Shown: positions 36,101 through 45,100 of the stretch, piece after piece
Layout of the letters: every line of letters starts with the position of its first letter
Position numbering within the stretch: position 1 is the first letter of the stretch
Source of the DNA: Malacoraja senta
Lineage: Eukaryota
Length of the DNA: 64,000 nt
Direction of reading: 5' to 3'
NCBI GenBank assembly: GCA_038087875.1
Contig: CM075990.1
Coordinates: 13,330,001-13,394,000, forward strand
Made by a program: the position numbers and the translations under genes
Notes under the pieces: model-generated
Database searches by the model: none
Told to the model about the DNA's origin: nothing
The model's input: only the letters and a program-made list of their open reading frames with translations

Positions 36101-39100
36101 AAACAGGCTCATCTGTACAACTCGTCCATGCCGACCAATTGTCTAACCGAGCTAGTCCCCTGTGCCAGCAAGTTGGTCTTTGTGATATTAATTAAGGGAA
36201 TAAATACTGACCAGGAAAACCCTTGTGCTTTTCTTTAAACCATATAATAGAAATGTGTCTGGTTGTGCTACATACAGGTATGTTTCTGATACAAAAGGAG
36301 CTGATAAATTATAAATAAAAATTCTGACCTCAGGAGGCCAAGGAGGTATATGGGAAAACAATAGTGGATAAAGGGCGAGTTATGTGTTACTCAGAAAGTG
36401 ATATGGCCAGTTGCATGGAATAAGTGGAGTTTTGATTTCATTACCCACGGTGGCACAGCGGTAGAGTTGCTGCCTTACAGCGCTTGCAGCGCCGGAGACC
36501 TGGGTTCGATCCCAACTACGGGTGTTGTCTGTACGGAGTTTGTACGTTCTGCCCGTGACCACGCGGGTTTTCTCCGAGATCTTCAGTTTCCTCCCACACT
36601 CCAAAGACGTACGGGTATGTAGGTTAATTGGCTTGGTGTTTGTGTAAAATTGTCCCTAGTGTGTATTGGATAGTGTTAATGTGTGATGATCGCTGGTCAG
36701 TGCGGATATGGTGGGCCAAAGGGCCTGTTTTCGTGCTGAATCTCTAAACTAAACACCTGAGATTTCATGCTGACTCATCGTGAATAGACGATGCATTGTG
36801 TAATTTGACGAGGCACCAACTCTTTACCGAGAGACATCACTTTAACAATGGGCTCAACGGTCTCTTTCTGTTTTGTAAAACCACCACATGATCCAGATAC
36901 CCAAGAAATGAATTGATGGGAAAATTATCACTTCTATTAATAATATATCCAGAACCTTGTAGGGCTAACTACGGAGTTGATTTTCTCGGTTGAAACATTT
37001 TTAGAGCTGGACCTCCTGTGTAGACTCTGCACACTGTAATTACTGTTCCCTTTGGACTATGGGGAGCTACTTCCGCTGTAATAAATTGTTATTTTCCTTA
37101 CAAAAATAAGAATTTTAATTATACATTACACTCTACCAAAAATGCTAAAGAGCCAAGAATGTTGTGCTTCAGTTGCACTTTCTACAGGGACAATAGTCCA
37201 CCATATGCAGCAATTAGTCTTGTTAACCTTGTAACATCATATTGATATTCTGCTGTAATAAATATGTAAATTCATCCATAACCTACATTAGAATAATAAT
37301 ACTAGAAAATATCAAATGTTAAGACAGTAAAGTTGCAATGAATAATACAATCAGAGATCAGAAATGCATTAGGTATACCGATACACATCATCTCACTTTC
37401 CAAACACAAGTCACACTACTAACAAAACATTCACAAATATTAAGGGAACAAGACCAACCTGTTTGGAAGATAGTTCCCTGGGCTAATTTAAATTGATGAA
37501 TTCAAACTGTGCATCAATTTCTGCTTCTTCGCAGTCATTGAAACCTCATTCTGACCAATTAACCAAAATCCTCAAGCTCTGCAGTTTGACTATTTGGTGA
37601 TTCCAGGCACTGGATAATGAGTCTTGCATCATTTAGTAAATGCTCTTCGAAATCTCAACAGAATGTGTTGAGGAGTTGGACAAAATAAAAACCCATCCTT
37701 CATAACAGGACAATGAAGCTTCTCACACCTTCAATGCACGTGGCGGTAGTCTTTACCCTTTGTTGTTGCACTGTTAGAGAGTACCTCATACCTTCCCCTT
37801 ACCTTTTGGAGACTGTAAGTTGCAACAGTCAACTGGCCAGTCACAGGGTTATGCACTGTGGCACGCTTCAGCTACAGAAAGAGAAAGGGCATATTTAATC
37901 CTGGAACAGCCAGATCACCACTCATTAGTGGAACTCTGGAAGCTTCCGATTGGTCAGGATATGTGAAAATGGAGAAGGGCAAGTACTGCAAATGGGGCTG
38001 CGTTCCAATTCAATGTCCTTTCACTTTTCAAAATTTGGAGAAGTTTTACCTCGTAGTGAGGTTAGGAGGAATGGATGACTACACTGATTAACTGCTTGCA
38101 TACACTCGAACCCAATGGTTCTGTCAGCATATTTTGCATTTCATCAATGTGTTGAATAATTCAGCCTTTTTCCTCAGTCGTCATCTCTTCACCTGGTTCA
38201 CGTCATTGGATGCCAGCTTCCAAACATGCCTGGTCTGAACCAGATGCAGCAGCCTCGCTGCGAAGAGGAGCTGCCACAGCTCTCGCTTACCTTTTGCTTA
38301 TTCTGTAATGAGCTGTCTCCAGAACTCCAGTTATTGGGTTAGAAATGGTGGCTCGTCTCAGCTGTGGAGCCAACCAATCAGAAAAAAAGCAGAGATTATT
38401 ACCAGCTTGACTGGATGCAAAACAGGACCAATCAGAATCCTTCCAGTGGGGAAAGAACTAAGCCCATCACACTGGAACGACCATTCTTGGGTCCCTTCCC
38501 CAACACTCTGTGGCTCGTGCAGCTAACAGCAACAGCCACATCTCGGTAAAGCTGAAATTCATGGAAAGCCCCTTTGAAACAGGTTAACTATTTCAGAATT
38601 CTTTTCAAACATTAATAACAACCAGGGGATGAATTTTGCAGTTTTACCGCAAGTTTTCACTGAAATAACAACAACAAAAAATGTCTGTGGTAAACAATGA
38701 TAAGAAGTGCTGGTTCACTCAGGGACAACAGCAATACAAAAAAAGCAGGAAAGATGACCTTAGAATACAATGCAATTTCATTTTATCATTAAGTAATTTA
38801 AAATTGAATGTGCTAGCAATTTTTGTGCCACTTTGTTGCAATAATTCCATTTCATAATTTTAATCCAGCTCTGCTGATTTGGAGTATATCAACATTTATT
38901 GTCACTCAATCATCAATCTTACTTGGGAAGTCAGAGGGTCGGAGTATTTTAACTGAATGTGCTGCATGGAGACAAATGGAACCAATAGCTTTTACAGATC
39001 CTGTATTTTCTTTATTACTTTACTTAATTTTCAGGATCTGGCATCATTGACAAGGCCTTCATTTATTACCTGCCCTCAAATTGCTTGTAAGATGTGCTGA

Positions 39101-42100
39101 ATCACTTTTTTGAACAGCAGTCCTTCTGTTAGTACTCCATCAGTTACACAAGCTTCAAACACACCTTCGCTAAATTAGAAGTCTTCCTGCAGCATCTCAA
39201 TCAAAATCCAATACTGAAGGTTATGGCCTGACATTCGTTAACCATTAATGAGATGAATTTTAGATAAGCTGAAAAATAACGACTCTATTGTTTTTCTGTG
39301 ATTGAGCCCAAAATAAAAATCTAAAAAAATTTGTATATTCTTCTTTTCAGATTGTCTCACTTACAGAACACGGAGCTAGAAGGCAGCCCAGAGATTTGTA
39401 TCCAGATCTTGAGCTAGAGTTACTTCTATGCATTGTATCCTCGTGGCTGTTCGCAACCAACCTAATATTACACTGTCAGATTATGTTTAGTGTAGAGACA
39501 CAGCAAGGAAATGGGCCCTTCAGCCCACGCCAATCATCGATCACCTGTTTACACTAGTTCTATGTTATCCCATATTCGCATCCACTTCCTACACATAAGG
39601 GACAATTTACAAAAGCCAATTAACTTACAAACCCACACTTCTTAACGATGTGGGTGAAAAATCCCCTAAACTTTAACCATTTCCAACAAGAACCACAGCA
39701 ATGCATAGATTAAGGGCTGGTTCCAATAAATGAAATTGGACCAAAAGAAAGTAACACAAAACCAGTTTTGCTGAAGGACAATATCTCTCTGGATTATAAC
39801 TGCTGTCTCCCCAAATGAGCTGGAAAACTAAGGCACTAGACTACCTTGGATAATGTGACATCTTACCCGTGGCTTTGCTAATTCTTTCACACGCTCAATT
39901 TCCTGGTCGGAAATGATATCAATGAAACGAATGATGCGAGGTTTGTCCCATTCATCTTGCTGTTTCACAGGCCTCAGAATGTATACTGGATTTCTGCTCG
40001 CGTCCGAATAACGGCAGAAGAGCTTTTTCTGTCGTCGAGGAGTCTGCACAGAAATAAAAAATGTTGATTCATGTCAAATTAGAACACCCATGTCAAAATT
40101 ATTCAAAATTATATGATTTAACTGAGGCAGACTCTGACTGAGTGATTATTCCAGCAGCCTGTTCAAATAAATGATGATAAACTAGTGAATGAAAGATGAC
40201 AGATTTAATTTTGTGAGTAAAAATGCTATTTTGAAGTACATAGAAATAATCTGGATGTAGATCCATCGTTTAAGATTCCAAAAGCAACCGAATAATCAAT
40301 GGCATGCACAGAGAACATCAGGAGGGGAGGGAATGGGAGGGGGGGGGGGGGAGAAGATAAACTGATTGTACTTACAGCAAGGACATAATAAGTTATATCG
40401 AGTCTGTATTAGTTTAATAATTGTTTATACACAAGTTAAAATACTGATTATATAGAATATGGACATAACTAGCAAGCAGAGTGCCAGTGCTATCCTTTAT
40501 CAGCTTCAAAATGGTGGCGATAAGCCACTTTCCTGAACTGCTGCAACCATTCTGAGAAACAAAACACCTACAAGGCCCTTTAGTAGGAAGGTACTGGATT
40601 TAGAAAATGCAACATAGGTGACTGCCAACCAAGCAACAAGAAGAAATCTTTCATTAGCAGGAAAATCAGTAATAGAAGGACCCCAAATTAATGAAAGCTG
40701 TTTGGAGAACAGAAGGGTGATTAGGGTAACTTATTTGGTTCATCTTGGAATCTAAAAGAGGGCTGGAAGCAGATTTTATTAGAGTCATATAGTGTGGAAA
40801 CAGGCCCTTCGGCTCAAATTGCCCACACCGGTCAACATGTCCGATCTACACTAGTCCCACTTGCCTGCGTTTGGCCCCTATCGCTCTAAACCTGTCCTAT
40901 TCATGTACCAGTCTAATTGCTTCTTAAACGTTGTTTATATGTTGCTTAAATATTATACTTGAAAGAGGAAAACTGTGCAAAGCTAAGGGAAAGGTGGAAA
41001 GATGAGAAACTGATAGGATAGCTCTTCAACAGATATGGCAGTTACATTGATGAGCCAAACATGTTTTTGTGAAGTTCAATTTTACAACTCTAAAATAAGT
41101 GATATCTTTAAGCACAATGTTACTTCACTGACAATGGTTATCTTATTTAGACATAGAATTCAATTTTGTTTGCCAGATTAACCCCTCGTATTTATCTCTC
41201 TGCAGACTACCAGCGTTAGGAATTTGGGCATTAATTCTTATGACTGTAAATATGCTTTGTTTGCAGTCAATCAACTATGCTTAGCGATAGCTGAGAAAAG
41301 TCAACAATGGGAATCACATCTGCCCTTCTCTCACTTGGCAACTTTCAAAGTATGGCCATTTATGTGTTTACACTTAAAAAAAATAAACAAAAGAACAGAT
41401 AGCATTTATTTATAAAGCAGTTTTTATTTTACGATCTTGTGATGATCCAAAATCTCAGTCAATATGCATCCAATTAAGAAATCCTCAAATGTAGTCGCTA
41501 CTGCAAAGAAACAAGGCAGCCAATATGCAGACAGTAAGCTCTCACAACCAGCAATAAGATAAACAACAGATCATGTGTTTTATGGTGATGTTGTCTCAGG
41601 GACAAATATTGGCCTGTTGACTATAAAAACTCCCATGGTCTTTGAAAACTGCTGTTTACTTTTTGTGAACGGCAGTTTCCACAGAATTGCTGGCCTAGTT
41701 GAAAAGCTTAAATATATGTTGCAGGATCTGACGACAGATGAGGGGATTATCACTGGAGAAAGACTGGATTTCTTGAATCGTTGCCTTCCCTCATTTATGT
41801 GGTAGGTGCCCAACTTGTCACTTGTTTGCTATAGGGTTGGCTTCAGAAGTAAAAGGAAATTCACAAATCCACAGAATTCAAGAATCCACCTGATTCAAAT
41901 AATTCACTTACCAATTTGATACCTTCTCCTCGGCACAGCTTTTCATATTTCTGTCTCTCGGGCAGGTAATCCTTTGGACGGCCTTTCTTGGTCTCTGAAG
42001 TACTCCCTGCTTTGCTTCCTTGAGTTTCATTTGACTTTTTTAGCTGCTCAGATTTCATATACTCGAAATATCTCAGGTTCCCATTGGCTCGCTGATGTTC

Positions 42101-45100
42101 TGGATCTATAACATTTAAAGTCAGTGTATAACTTTCACAGGCATCTTTTCTTGTACAGTACTCACATTTCAACGTAAATACAGAAGACATTTCTCTGAAC
42201 ATCCTTACCCAGCTTCAGCATCATTTTTGTGAGTTCCAGTGCCCGATCCAGGTCACCTTGCTGGTACACTGAATAACTCAGGTAGTCCAGTATGGTGATT
42301 TTGTCTATATTGGATACCTCACCAGTATCCAACTGCCTCAGTGCTTGGTCCATCCACAGTTCAGTGTGGTAGTAATCTGCATCTGAGTAAGCTATTTTCC
42401 CAAGCTCAAAGCAGTCCTCTACTGAGAGTGATGTTTTATGCTTCACACCTGAGAGAGAGGAAAAAAAAGAGAATCATGCATTTGTATCTCGGCCATAGAG
42501 TGAACAGCACTTGTGATCTGTTCAGGAAGGAACTGCAGATGCTGGTTTATACCGAAGATAGACACAAAACGCTGGAGTAACTCAGTAGATCAGGTAGCAT
42601 CTCTGGAGAGATGGAATAAGCGATGTTTTGGGTCGGAACCCTTCTTCAGCCTTGTTAAGCCTTGTTAAGCCTTTTCATATTCCCACCACCTCCTGTTCTA
42701 AAGCTAAAATTACTTTGATCCTATTGCCATCTGCTCAAAAATCTACTGTCATCAGCTAGTGTCACTATAAAAATGTAAAATCCTTTGCGCCACATACCAG
42801 GCAGGTTTCCTTGAGAGATGGTGTCTGCATCCAGTTTGTACGTGTCCTGGAGACGCAGCAAGGCTTTAGCAGCTCCAGTCTGGTCATCATCATTAGGGAA
42901 GTACTGTCGCTGGATGGTGAGATTAGAAATGAATCCTGAAAAGATATCGGTATCAATGCGTCAAATGTAAAATTAAAGATTGCGTTCAAACTTTTCACAA
43001 GTCAAAGTGGCTGCAACAACAAGGTCTGCTGCGGTTCATTGCAGTGAGGCAGGCCAGCTGCTCCAAACATGCAAGGAATGAGCTGAAATTGTTAGCCCTT
43101 TCACATTCCTACCGCCTCCTGTTCTAATTTACAACGGCTGCTTTTCTACCCATGAACAGACATCCTCTGTTAAAGACTTCCTTTACTTGATTGCAGCAGC
43201 AGTGCAAACACCCTGATTTTTTGTTTTACGTTTCCTCCCTTTCCTCTCTTCACCTATGCTCAACTTCTATGGTGACCTACATCAGGTTTGTGAATGAGAA
43301 AGAGACTGAATGACAGGAGGTTGGTGGGCTGGGTGTCACCAATGTAGGGGAAGCCACAGAGAGCACAGAATGCGATAGATGAGGTTTCAAACTTGTTCAT
43401 CAAAGTTGATTTCTAACTTGCGAGTTCCAACGAAAGCTCTTCAATTTGAAATTGTATTGTAATTTGGGTCAAACAATCTTTAACTTATACCATCTACTAT
43501 TCCTTGTCATTTACTTTCAGAAACATTAGGGGTATTTTTTGGTTGTTGTTATTAGTTAAATAAAATTATGTGCAGGGGTGGCGCAACGGTAGAGTTGCTG
43601 CCTCACAGCTCTTGCAATGCTTGAAGACCCGGGTTCGATCCAGACTATGGGTGCTGTCTGTACGGAGTTTGTAGGTCCTCCCCGTGACCACGTGGGTTTT
43701 CTTTGAGATCTTCGGTTTCCTCCCACACTCCAAATAAGTACAGGTCTGTAGTTTAATTGGCTTGGTATAGGTGAAAAAATTGTCCCTAGTGTGTGTATGA
43801 TAGTGTTAATGTGTGGGGATCGCTGGTCAGTACGGACTCAGTGGGCTGAAGGGTCTGTTTCCATGTCTCCAAACTAAAATTGTGTATTTTCTGACTATGT
43901 TGGGGCTTTCATCCAATTAGAACATGCAGTTGGATGGCTCACAATTTTAATTCCTCAGCTGTTGTCACGCCAGCCCAGTGGACGTAAACATCTTAACGAT
44001 CAACCAAGATATGGATCCAAATTAGACACATTAATCCTAAACTATCCATGTTTACATTCACAAAAGACATGAATCCTTAGCAAAGGGAAGATTGGAATGT
44101 GATTTTAACTGTGCTGAGCAGCCAAGACTGTGCAAGGACGGCCAACCTAAATCTCTGACTTTTTAAGGAGACAGCTGCTATGTTGCTTTCAAGCTTCAAA
44201 AATACAAAACTAAACACGAGTGCTAAGATACATGTGATTAAAAAATCTGACCAAAACGCTCAAGAATTATGCTTCCTTTTGTGAAGCTCTTGGTTTCTTC
44301 ATGCCAGACTCTCCACCCAATTTGCAAAATGAACCGTTCCCATGCCTTTTGCTGAGTAACCTTTTCATCTGCCAAATGAGGGTTTATTGAGATCTAATGC
44401 AGTCATACTGTTGGCTCCTGTGCCGCTGTGCTTGGATTGCTCCTTCCACATTTAGAGACTCCTACTTTTTAGGAATAACTATTTCAAGATGAATTCCAGC
44501 TGCTTAAACTGGAATTTCTTTATTGGATGAAGTACAGATGTGAACTTGGAGGGTGGAGCTTGTGGCACGTCAGAGCCAAAATAGGAAAAGGCTGCAAATT
44601 CCTGCAAAGGTAATTATTTGCAAAGGTTTTTAGGATGAATGTTTCTAACAGCTAAAGGCTTGATTCAGCATTGGATGGCAATTCTTCAAATGCACTCCTG
44701 ATGAATGAAAATCTGAAATGAGACACTGGACTCATTCCCGTCAGGAAATATGAAACATAGAACTATTCATAAAAAATAAATCTTCAGAGTTTTGTTTTTC
44801 TATAATACACATATTACAAAGTTAATTTTAATATCAGATCTATACATAGACTTCGATAGTTTTGTTTGTAAGTACTGCTGAACTTTATTTTTTTGTAAAT
44901 CCATTGGTGGCAAGTCATGTCTAGTGATCCCATAGGTGCAGGACCTACTGGCAAGAAAAAGGAAATAACACCACATCAAATAGAGCATGAAATCCCACAC
45001 CTAAAATAACAAGTTGTGTTCTTAAATCAAATAAAAAAGATCTTCAAAAGGAAACACAGAAGGCAAACATCTGCCTGTGAATAATACTGGATGCAACGGT

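Noticed and set aside
37507-37611. cag|T GCC TGG (SAW) start resembling a duplicate of exon 11
   Set aside because: In-frame stop, no further similarity, no GT/GC donor at the expected distance; probably chance.
38370-38437. Paired CCAATCAG boxes as an internal promoter
   Set aside because: No CpG island or other promoter features; better explained by complementarity to 37944-37955.
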